DNA of 64,000 nucleotides from Strigamia acuminata (Eukaryota): NCBI GenBank assembly GCA_949358305.1, contig OX442314.1, positions 22,816,001 to 22,880,000 of the forward strand, read 5' to 3'. Shown piece by piece: positions 53,301 to 63,816 of this stretch (position 1 is its first letter; each line of letters starts with the position of its first letter). The notes under the pieces were generated by a model. It saw only the letters and a program-made list of their open reading frames with translations, ran no database searches and was not told where the DNA came from. The position numbers and the translations under genes were made by a program.

Positions 53301-55142
53301 TGCTCTCACCAGTCGTTGGAAATCAACATACCGACGGAAATGATGGCAGACAGCGAACCCAGTATCACTTAACGTCAGCAACAATATAAATATGAACCGG
53401 TATACGGGTCTAGTCAAGTGTGTGTATGGTTCGTTTGTTACAATAATGAATTGTGGTTTTTTTGATTATGCTGCAGTGAATCCTCACATTGTGGCGTGAC
53501 CTGACCAACGACGATCGCGTGCAAACGCCCCCGCAATCAGAAAATCGGTCTCTATATGCACGCAAACCTTGAGAAAAGGCGGGAAAGTGGGCTATAGAAG
53601 GAAAAAAATGTAAGGGTATTTGGTATTTTTTTTTAAGTGTACTTTATAGCTCAAATAAGCTTTTTGTTTATCTTTTTCATTTCTGGTTTATCGATTTTTT
53701 TTAACGGTTATTTCACTTTTTATGGCATCGAAAGAATAAATAAAAAAAATCGATATATTTGCCGAAATAGTGATATATGATATAAATTATGTAGATAAAG
53801 GACGAGAGAAAATTATGAAAATACAAATATGTTGTAAACTTCTTGTTGTGTTTACTAATTGTCGTGTTTATAGAATTTCGTTATTGAATTATGGGGTGGG
53901 ATGAAACGGCTTCTGGCGGTTGTACACTGTATTATACAACTACAAAAACACTCTAGATTTAATTAGAAATGAAATTAGCCATATACGCTGTTTTGAAAAC
54001 CGAAATAAGACTAACTATGCACCTGGTCCTACCTAAACGCTTTCCACAAGCTGATGAATTTGTTTTCAGTTTGTAATTACTAATTGCTAAATTGCAGCCA
54101 CATATCTCTTGAGGAAGAAATGCGATTAAACGAGACAAAAAAATTACGATTCTGTGGCGTAGAATGCAATGATTTATCTATCAAATAGTTGCAGAATTAT
54201 TTATTTTGGGGTGGAATTTATTACACTTGTGTACTGCCTTGTTTTTCCCCCCACGTACATATTCTAGATGTTCTGTGTACACTTTAAAAATCAGAATGCG
54301 TACGTACGACAGTTATAAAACAAGTTATAAATGAAAGTATAGTTACAAGATGGAATACTGGAAAGCAGCCATGTTTAGTTATTGTTTTGTTTTATGTCTG
54401 AAATAAACAAATGTTAACTGAACTTCTATTGTTTGGAGTTATTTTATGCTTGGTATAGTTTTGTCAACAATAAGTCCCAATGCAATTCCCCTTGTTGTAT
54501 ACACAGTGCGCGCAGCACCTGGTCGCGTAAACTGCCTGCGCATGCGTTGATTTTATGGCGGAAAAAGTTAGGTTTGTAACAATGAACTCGACTGATTTAT
54601 TGCCAGCATACAATGACAAGCAATTGCAAAGCGAATTTCAGCTGTTGGTTTATTCCCAGTGCGCGTGCGAACCGAGGAAATAATTTCACTTATTTTGTGG
54701 TTCCTCCAAGATTTAGAGTAATTAAAAGGTGCTGATGGAAGAAATCCGAGCTTGGAAAAAATAAAAAATAAACAGTTAGAAAAAAAAAAATTTGTTCTTT
54801 TTTTTTTCTAATTTTCTTTTGACTCAGTCTCCTACTAAATGGCTCTTGAATCTTATCCTCCAATCGATGATGCTGGATGCAGGGGCGCTTTTCCCAGACT
54901 CAAGTCACGTCGTTGACTTTAATTAACCATAATGAATTTAGACTTCTTTTTAAAAAAAATTTTTTAAATCAAAATCTTTATTTGAAAATATTTTATGTTA
55001 GAAAAAAAAAATAATAAAAATTGAATAAAAAATTCTTTTTTTTCAAAAAAAAGAATATGAAATTCTGTGGTCTTTTAAATGATTTCCTAATGAAATAAAC
55101 ACATTTTGTACTCTCTTTTTATTAGCAAAAGTCTTTCCTACG

Positions 55143-55352
55143 CCAAGGTGGCGACACACGCTGAGCGAAACAACATGCGCGGCAAAATGCTCGAGTTTGA
55201 CCCGTCATCTATTGGTGACGACAAGCACTAGAAAAATTGAGAGTTATCCCGTTGGTGGCAGGGCATTTCAGCGAGATTCCAAACGCGAGCAAGTGAGCAG
55301 CGAGCGAGGGAACTCCATTCCAGACCACGTCAAACGTGCCACCAGATGGCAG
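55143..55352. promoter_or_regulatory. Second cluster of CTCF-like motifs, between the zinc-finger domain and the NIM1K 3' end
   Basis: CCACCAGATGGCAG (55339-55352, near-consensus) and CGTCATCTATTGG (55203, reverse), plus weaker CCAAGGTGGCG (55143) and CCGTTGGTGGCAG (55249). Confidence 0.55.
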
Positions 55353-55587
55353 TACGTTAGCAGTAAAAAACAAAATTAAATTTTCAAAAATTAAATTTTT
55401 AAAAATTAGATTTGATAGATCTGTTATTGTTGATATTAATTAAAATTAATGTATTCAGATACATTATTCATCTCATTTTTTAATTATTATTGCCGACCTA
55501 CCGTACTTATACTAATTCAAATATTGCAACGAATTTTTTGTTTATTTTATTATACAACATACAACAATATAATATATAAGTTTATTA

Positions 55588-56352
55588 CTAAAATATCGTA
55601 CACACTTTGGATTTGCACGTTTTCTTCGTCTTAAATCTATCTAAAAACCGACAAAACTTGAAGGACTTGCACCTAAATTTGTTGCCTTCGTCGATATTTG
55701 AGCTGATTGGAGATGAGAGAGCACCTGGCAAATCATCTTCTGGTTTATTCATTTCATTTTCATACCTGTGAACCAATATGTAATAAGTTCCGGAAATTGA
55801 ATTTCTATTCCCCTTCGAAAGAGACGACTTTATTAATTCTTGGTCTATTCCAATCTTTTCTAAATGTTCGTGAGCTTTTTCCTCGGCTTCTTTTGGACTT
55901 GGAGTCTGTTCATGTTTTGAGAAAACCTCGTCTTTCAGCCATTCCGAACACATGACTTCAGATAAAGCCCATCTCTCTTTCGGTTCCTGCTTCAGAAGTC
56001 CAGAAATAACATTTCCCACCGACGAAGGAAGAGATGGAGGCGAAGTAAATTCACCGATTAGGATGAGCCGCTTGAGACTTGCAACAGTTTGTGCACAAAA
56101 AGGCATCGTACCCGTTACCATAAAGTAAAGTAACACGCCTAAAGCCCACAGATCAACAGGTATGCCGTCGTATCGTTCATCTTGAAACAACTCGGGCGCA
56201 GCGTATGGAGGGGAACCACAAAATGTGTTAAGGAGATGATCGAGGTTAGGAACTGGAGTACTGAAACCAAAGTCACCAACTTTCACTGTTTTAGGAGGCG
56301 AGTAGAAAACGTTTTCTGCTTTTAAATCGCGATGAATGATGTTTCTGTTGTG
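55588..56352 (-). CDS. NIM1K: NIM1-like Ser/Thr kinase, exon 3
   Basis: Contains HRDLKAEN, DFG and LNTFCGSPPYAAPELF. Acceptor TTTTATCCAG precedes 56352 in phase 0. Ends in CTIF-stop (CaaX), with AATAAA immediately after. Confidence 0.93.
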   Translation of the reverse strand, partial: HNRNIIHRDLKAENVFYSPPKTVKVGDFGFSTPVPNLDHLLNTFCGSPPYAAPELFQDERYDGIPVDLWALGVLLYFMVTGTMPFCAQTVASLKRLILIGEFTSPPSLPSSVGNVISGLLKQEPKERWALSEVMCSEWLKDEVFSKHEQTPSPKEAEEKAHEHLEKIGIDQELIKSSLSKGNRNSISGTYYILVHRYENEMNKPEDDLPGALSSPISSNIDEGNKFRCKSFKFCRFLDRFKTKKTCKSKVCTIF

Positions 56353-57410
56353 CTGGATAAAAGAAAATATATTTTTTTTAAAATCAATCAAAGTAGGAAA
56401 GTACAGATTTACAGTTTTGAAATTGTTTTATGCGAGAAATATCTAGAAATTTGTAATTTTAAAAAATATATACAATATAATATAGCTTTTATCAATATTT
56501 TTATTTTTAGTCAAGCTGATAAGCTGTATTTTTCAACAATTCAATTATGGAATTTTTGATTAAATTTATCTTCATACTTTAGAAACTCAACCACAAACTC
56601 TAATCAACATTATTTTCTCAAAGATAACATTTACTTTTATTTTTTATTTTTTGTTATTTTTGTTATCACTGTTTATAAGCGCCATGGGTAGTTTTTGTTT
56701 GCACTAGTCTACTCCAATCAATAATTCAGCGGAAACATTAGATCCTTTAAGCTGATGCTTGAAAAAGACTTTTTGGATACAACAAACTAACCCATTAATA
56801 ACAAAAATGCTTTAAAAAATATTCACGCAATAAATAATTCAAGTTTGACACATGAGACAAAACTTTATTCTTCAACCCTACTTCACTTAATGTGCAGACA
56901 TTTAAAACTAATTAGGTTATTTACATTTTTCAATCGATGCAGTTTAATCAATACTCAAATTTGAAGTTCCCATTGTTTCTGTGTGGGAAACCGGAGACAG
57001 GAAGCTTGGGACTCATTTTATTAGCAGATCTAGTTACCAGCCACTAATTAGTATGTACAGTCGGGTTCCATTGTGGCGTGTCTCGGTCACCTGACAATTT
57101 TAGTTCCACAAGAATAACATTAATGAACAAAAGCTGATTAAAACGCGAACCCACAGGAACAAGAATTTGCAAACAAAGCCGCCCTCTGCGCGACAAGAGA
57201 TGACATTTAAATTCGTTCTGTCTGTCTATTACGCAATTTTTCCATACATTTTTCCTACTTTTTAATTAGCAGTGCTAAAAATAAAGACGAATTCAATCAA
57301 TGTGCGCACGACAAGACCAAACTTTTCTATTCACTTGTGGGAAATACAAAAGTTCAATAGAAAAATACAAAACAATTTCAAACATTAAACAACACGCTCG
57401 TTTTACTCAC

Positions 57411-57679
57411 CATGTAATTCACCGCCGATACCACCTGTGCGAATATGTGCCTGGCTTCTAATTCGGGGATCTTGCCGTGTGTGGTGATCTTCGCAAACAG
57501 TTCTCCGCCACTTGCGTATTCCATAACCAAGTATATTCGAGTGAGTGTTTCTACAACTTCGTATAAGCGGATTATGTTCGGATGGTGCAGAGTTTCCATG
57601 ACGACGATTTCTCTACTTAACATGCGATGAGTTTTTCCGTCCAATTTTATCTTATCTAAGATTTTCACCGCCACACGCT
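57411..57679 (-). CDS. NIM1K: NIM1-like Ser/Thr kinase, exon 2
   Basis: Contains VAVKILDK, HPNIIRLYEV and VMEYASGGELF. Acceptor TTGCAG before 57679 and donor GTGAGT after 57411. Confidence 0.93.
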
Positions 57680-59292
57680 CTGCAACAAAAATTATTTAGA
57701 TTTATTCACTTCTACCATATAAAAAACAACTTATTTCGACAAGTTACTGTCTTTTGATTACACCCAAAGAATTAATTAAATATTATCACCGTAGTAGCAG
57801 TTTTTTAAAGCAATTTTAATCTTCACGGACAGGGAGGGCGCGGAAATCAATATTGACATTGTGGGTAAAATTGTGAGTTGAATTTAAACCATCACGTAAC
57901 TCTGTTTGCTGGTGAGCTTGATTGAAGAAGCAGCAATAAATTACCTTTAATTGACTAAATGAGAGGTTGCTAGCTGTGATTAGTACTATCTCCCAAAATA
58001 GGTAATCGATATTAGTTTAATCGAGTTAATGGCACCGCTTTGGTAAGGAATTGATGGCAGGTGTGGAAAAGAAAAAGAAAGCGTGCTTTATATTAGTTTG
58101 TGGTTAAAAGTGATTTGCGAACGTTTAAAAGTTTATCGGTTTAATTTATTCCTCATTCATTAACGAGTGAAATATAAAACGAACAAGAAAATGCTATTAG
58201 TTTGTTCAGTGTCTCAAACGGTTTATCTTGCCTATTAAAAGTGAGATTACTGCCATATCTAGTTGCAGCTGATAGTGCATTTCCAGTGAATAAAGTTTTG
58301 CATCTTTGCAAAACTTTGAATTTATTTTTGATTTTAAACATTTCCTGCAGATAGTGTTTTTTTTTTTTACTTTACAAATTGTTTTTTACACAACAGCTGG
58401 AAAAATTCAATACAAATATTAAAAATTACAGGAAAAGTGATAAAGCTGTCAAAGTGCATTATATTAAAAATTCCGCTGAAAAAACCCGATTGCATTTTTT
58501 GTATTCACCGGAAATTTTATTATCTGTTTTGGATGAAATAGTTAATAAAGCGTGCAATCATTTTTTGCAATCACACAATTGCGTGTTTTTATTAGATTTG
58601 AACAACGCAATATACATAAAATGTAAAATTCTTTTCACACACTTTCCATCTTTCGTAGAATCAATGTAATAAAAGCCAAAAGAAATAGGTTTTGTTATTG
58701 CCACCCCTTGGCTTTGCCGCCGAGCTTTGTTTCAAATAGAATTGCTGCCCCTTAGCTTTACTGCTGAGCTTGTTTAAAATAAAATTCCCATTCGCCATTC
58801 TATAACGAACCATTTATATACTTTGAAATTGCCTCAAACCAAAACAACCAACAACACGAAAATTAAACATCAGTGAAGCCTGCAATGGCTTATTAATAAA
58901 ACATCTGAATAGCAGAGCTTGCAAGCAAATTAAAACGCAAATCAAATGTTAAAATCGCTGCAATAAAATGAGCAAAACTAAAATATTCGACTCAAATTGG
59001 AAGCGACTTGAAAACACACCACATGCAATGATTCATTGTTGGTAAAATTAGGGATGTTTGCACTAGCCTAGAGCACTCGCACTATTTTCAGAGCGAAACA
59101 GTCGAGGGACTTGAGCCAAGGTCGAAAATGTCAAATGTAAATAAATATAAAATCACAAAATGGTTCGTTCAATATTCATTTACAAGTGATCAAATATGAA
59201 TCACCGATTATTTTTATAGAAGAAAAAAGTGGAATTTGCACATTGTTAAGCTTCGTTTCCGCTTTATTCAAATATTGCAACTTACAACTTAC

Positions 59293-59527
59293 GTTTAGTC
59301 AGCTGATGAAACGCAAGTTTGACTTGCGAGAAGTTTCCGGTCCCTAATTCGCTGCGAAAGCGATAAAAACCCACGCGGGTTCCCATGGTGACTTCCTTGA
59401 GCCACTGTTCGTTGTGTTGTTGCGCGTACAACGTGCGTTCGTACAACGAATCGTGATTCAAGCTAAAAGAAACATCAGCACACGACGAATTGTTGTCAGA
59501 AGACGGAGAAACTCGTGTTGACGGCAT
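59293..59527 (-). CDS. NIM1K: NIM1-like Ser/Thr kinase, exon 1
   Basis: ATG at 59527 (MPSTRV...). Contains the NIM1-type RVGFYRFRSELGTGNFSQVK Gly-loop. GTAAGT donor after 59293 in phase 1. The spliced CDS is 235+269+765 = 1269 nt (422 aa). Confidence 0.9.
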
Positions 59528-61241
59528 TGTTGCGGAAATAAACAAAACAATAGAACAAGCAAAGACAAACTACACGTGTCAGTTTCGCATCGTGCTTTTT
59601 TTCACTCCGCCTTACAAGTTAGTCGAGATTCAGGCGTTGGTCGGTTACATCAAAGCCGCATTGTGTGCGCTTCTGTTGGTAACACTTATAGCACATGTTG
59701 TATAAGGCAGTTTTCGAGCAATCCCATGAGGCTTCTCTGCTGTTGTCATGGTGATGAGTCTGAGCGCGCGTATAACTGGTTGCTGTGGCGTTTTTAGAAT
59801 GGTGCGTGATTCAGCAACACGTGAGTCCGCTGGGAAATATATAAATAAATAAATAAACAGACAGAAAATTGATGAATTTTTAAGTGACTAGAAATGTATA
59901 TGTTTGAAAGCTGGTTTTTTTTTTAATATTACTTTTTACATTTTTTTTTTTAAAAAAATATTTCTTGCTTTGAATATCCGGTTTTATTGGGTGATAAAAA
60001 TGGTGACAAAATTTGAAGTTTCGACTGTTTACGATCGGTTTTTCGCAATTAAATTACCACAGCTGGTCGCATGGGCATTGGTCTTGCTTGTTAGTGATAT
60101 TGAATTTTGGAAGAAAAAAAAATATATAAAACTACATAAAAAACTCTTTGTATCAAATGTTTATGTTTTGCTAGCTTTAACTTCAACAAATATGCGTTTT
60201 ATACTTTAATGTAATCAAGTAAAATGCATATCTAAGATTTTTTTTTTAAAAAATATTTAATGATTGCTGATAATAATAATAAAATTAAATAAAATAAAAT
60301 AATTTCTTATCGAGCAGTATTTAGTGTTAAATGTGACATTGATATTGGATGGTGAAACAGAAAGGGGAAAGTTTGCAATTTGAAACCGAAATGTGAATAT
60401 TATTATTTGCCAAGTTCTATTTATAGAGCGGGTATTATTTACAGCGAGATTTTCTAAAGTAATTACATAGCAAATTCAAGAGGCAATTTGCACTGCCCGT
60501 TTTGCCAAGTTCAATATTGACTAATAAAACGCATGTTACAAGAGCCAGGTGTTACAAATGATAAAAAAAAATAACGTTTTTCTAAGTGGGAATGAAAATT
60601 CCATTTATTCTCGTTATAATTGAGCTATATAGCGAACATAAAAGCAAGGTTTAAGCGCCTTCGTTAATCCATAATTTTATCTTTATGATTATGCAGACGT
60701 TCAGTTGTTGATGTCATAAGCTGCAAAATGCAAGCAACATTTGAAATGTATATTTTTTTAGTGAAGCAGGAATTGCCATTAAGTTTATTCATCGTTTTCT
60801 TTAAACGTTATTTTGTTTAATTCGTTTATATTTCATGATTTCCATTTACTGTCTTACATTCGGTGAATAGAATTTTAATAGTTTGAAGAGAAACAAAAGG
60901 GGATCGTGTACTTACGCGTTTTCATGCCTAATTCCGCACTCTCTTTTGTCTTCGTAATCAAGTTTAACCACCTTAAGTTGTTTCTTGTGTTTCTCCTGTT
61001 TGTATTTTGACCAGGTTACCTTGGGGAGCAACATGTTTGTTGTACAGACTCGCTCTGGTGGCAAAAAGTTTAAATATTATTATCGAGCGACTTTGCTTTT
61101 CGCTTTGCTCTTTCTGCTCTGCTAAACTGATTAAGAGAATGTTTGTGTTCAACAAGCTTTACAAATTAATTTCACACAACGTTTGTCACTTTATAAATTA
61201 ATTTTATTTGAACATGAATTAATTAATTGCACTAATACATA

Positions 61242-62525
61242 TTAATAATATTCAGCTTCTTTTTTGTAATCGTCGCCACCATGTCCACCTCCAACACCAT
61301 GGCCACCGCCGTGCCCCTCACCACCGTATCCTCCATCATCGTGGCTTTTATAGTCAGCATTGCCATGTTCGCCTTTTCCGTAATCTTCGTGCCCGTACCC
61401 ACTACGACCACCCCCATGACCGCCATATCCATGGCCATCTCCATGACCACCACCATGACCACCATATCCATGACCACCACCATGGCCACCATACCCATGA
61501 CCACCACCTCCACTTCCATATCCAAACCCACCATGACCGTATCCACCACCATGACCGTATCCGCCACCATGACCGTATCCGCCATCATATCCATGACCTC
61601 CATAGCCCCCATAGCCCCCATGTCCTCCATGACCACCGTATCCTCCGTGATTTCCATGTCCTCCATATCCTCCATACCCTCCATCTCCATGCCCACCATA
61701 GCCATGACCATCTCCATGTCCACCATCCCCATGACCACCTCCATGTCCACCATCCCCATGTTTCTCATCTCCATATCCCCCATATCCATGTCCATCCCCA
61801 TGACCACCTCCATGTCCACCATCCCCATGTCCACCACCTCCATGTTTCTCATCTCCATATCCCCCATATCCATGTCCATCCCCATGACCACCTCCATGTC
61901 CACCATCTCCATGGCCACTTCCATGTCCACCATATCCATGACCATCCCCATGACCATCTCCATGGCCACTTCCATGTCCACCATCCCCATGTCCGCCATA
62001 TCCATGCCCATTTCCATGCCCACCATGTCCATATCCACTATATCCATGCCCACCATCTCCATGCCCACCATAGCCATGACCATCCCCATAACCACCTCCA
62101 TGTCCATGGCCACCTCCATGACCACCTCCATGTCCCCCATATCCATGACCACCTCCATGGCCACCATATCCATGACCATCTTTATGACCGCCTCCATGTC
62201 CACCACCGTATCCATAATCAGTTTCTTCTTCTACGTGTATTTTTAGATTGACAAAATGGTCCTTCTTTCCGCAACCGCTTCCATGACCATAATTGCTATA
62301 ACTATGATATTTAGGAACTTGATAATAGTGTCCAACACTGCCTTTGGAACCATCGTGCCCATAGTCATCTCTCAGTGAAAATTTGTTGTTTGTTTTTTCT
62401 TCGTCCACATCCAGTGAAACCTTTTCTTCTGCTTTTAGTTCTTCCGAGCCAGTTTTTATTACGCTGCATAGCACTAGATGGATGTCGAAAGCCAAGAGAA
62501 AACAATAAAATAGTCTCGACTGCAT
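61242..62525 (-). CDS. Secreted Gly/His/Tyr-rich low-complexity protein (427 aa; cuticle/structural or antimicrobial type)
   Basis: ATG at 62525 and signal-peptide-like MQSRLFYCFLLAFDIHLVLC, then about 300 aa of GGHG/GHGY/GDG repeats. A 64-nt 5'UTR intron (62596-62533, GTAAGT...TTTCAG) and AATAAA at 61208-61203. Confidence 0.9.
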   Translation of the reverse strand: MQSRLFYCFLLAFDIHLVLCSVIKTGSEELKAEEKVSLDVDEEKTNNKFSLRDDYGHDGSKGSVGHYYQVPKYHSYSNYGHGSGCGKKDHFVNLKIHVEEETDYGYGGGHGGGHKDGHGYGGHGGGHGYGGHGGGHGGGHGHGGGYGDGHGYGGHGDGGHGYSGYGHGGHGNGHGYGGHGDGGHGSGHGDGHGDGHGYGGHGSGHGDGGHGGGHGDGHGYGGYGDEKHGGGGHGDGGHGGGHGDGHGYGGYGDEKHGDGGHGGGHGDGGHGDGHGYGGHGDGGYGGYGGHGNHGGYGGHGGHGGYGGYGGHGYDGGYGHGGGYGHGGGYGHGGFGYGSGGGGHGYGGHGGGHGYGGHGGGHGDGHGYGGHGGGRSGYGHEDYGKGEHGNADYKSHDDGGYGGEGHGGGHGVGGGHGGDDYKKEAEYY

Positions 62526-62639
62526 TTTAAAACTGAAAGAAATAGAGTAAGCAAAAACAAACAATTGACGTATAATAAACTCCAATAGTTACTTACCCAC
62601 GAATTTTGTGTGGCAGACGAGTTCAGTGCACGTACAAAG

Positions 62640-62673
62640 TAGACTTTCTGTAACAAAATGTGCTATATTTATA
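62640..62673 (-). promoter_or_regulatory. TATA promoter of the Gly/His-rich gene
   Basis: TATAAATATA on - (62673-62664), positioned for a short non-coding first exon that ends at the 62597/62596 donor. Confidence 0.7.
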
Positions 62674-63020
62674 TTGGAATACATCTACTAAAAAACAGTT
62701 TAACGGGCAGTAAGACAGTGTTAATCAATAGACACTGGTGCTTACGCGACGATAAAAGTTATTTGCGTGTGAATGGCTATTGCCATAGCTATTATCCGAC
62801 TTGCAACTTAAGTTTTGCTGGAATTAACCATAAACTCTTAATAGTTACATCTAGTTTAGCATGTGTTGTAACAAAATGATGCAACTTCATGAATAGTTAT
62901 TGGATCAGACAAATTATTATCAACACAATAAATAATATTTTTTAAAGATAAATGTTTTTAATTCATTACTGTTTCTACAAAATGTTTGATTGATTTGAAA
63001 TTTTTGGTACAAAGTTGTAT

Positions 63021-63389
63021 TTAGCCAAGACCAAGGGTCAGTCCACCCAATAAATTATTTAACACGTCTCCAACAGTACCCAGCAAAGAATCCACAACAC
63101 CTCCGCCGCTTCCTAATAACTCGGCCACGAGTCTTCCTTCGATAACATCAGTTTCAATGTTGCTAAACATTGTCTTGACAGCGCTTCTCAGGTCTTCTAG
63201 TTGATCCAACACGTCGCTTAATACGGAACCAGTTTCTTTGGTGTTTCCAGAATCATTGTCTTGTGAATCAATTCCTTCTTGCGGGGCACCAGAATCCTTG
63301 TCTTGTGAATCAAGATCTTCTTGCGGGGCACCAGTTACGAATAACAGAAAAATGGTGAAAATCAAAACAGTTGCAATAGCTGAATGCAT
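63021..63389 (-). CDS. Small secreted prepropeptide (122 aa): signal, acidic pro-region, Leu/Gly amphipathic C-terminal peptide
   Basis: Hydrophobic N-terminus MHSAIATVLIFTIFLLFVTG and an acidic pro-region. IEGR precedes a 36-aa K/R-free tail ending in Gly. TATAAATA upstream at 63463-63456 and ATTAAA downstream at 62962-62957. Confidence 0.85.
   Translation of the reverse strand: MHSAIATVLIFTIFLLFVTGAPQEDLDSQDKDSGAPQEGIDSQDNDSGNTKETGSVLSDVLDQLEDLRSAVKTMFSNIETDVIEGRLVAELLGSGGGVVDSLLGTVGDVLNNLLGGLTLGLG
63247..63330 (-). repeat. 42-bp in-frame tandem duplication in the pro-region
   Basis: GAPQEDLDSQDKDS / GAPQEGIDSQDNDS, with near-identical DNA copies at 63247-63288 and 63289-63330. Confidence 0.9.
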
Positions 63390-63816
63390 CTTGTTTGTTG
63401 TTTCAGCGTCTGGATTGACTGAAAATGTCTATGGTACGGTGTGGTAAGAACATGGTATTTATAAAGGTCTTGACACAATTTTGAGTGACACGATTTTGAG
63501 TGTGTTGTAAATTGTGTTTCTTTGAATTTTGACTGATTTAATAGCAATCAAGTGTTTTTGCATACACTGAAATGATTTGTTAGGTAATAAAACTTGCCAT
63601 AGTATTGTGATTGACAACTGACCGTGACCCACGGACCAATGGATGTGTCAAAAACATTCCCATTGCAGCTGGAGTTTTCTCAGCGAAATTGCTTAGCAAA
63701 TCGTAAATCAATAAGAACGTTTTGAATTTTGCATAAAGGAAAGGAAATTGTAAACAAACTTCATAGAACTATTTTTATTAAGCATAGTTTCTTTCATACT
63801 CAGATAAGGAAAGAAA

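Noticed and set aside
53392..53434. Hairpin with minus-strand TGACTAGACC (miR-279/286-like)
   Set aside because: The stem is about 43 nt, relies on G-U pairs that hold only on +, and places the seed in the loop.
61232..62246. 327-aa Met/Asp/Val ORF (-) and 321-aa Met/Thr/Ser ORF (+) overlapping the Gly/His gene
   Set aside because: These are frame and antisense shadows of GGA/GGT/CAT codon repeats. Only the Gly/His frame has a signal peptide and flanking signals.
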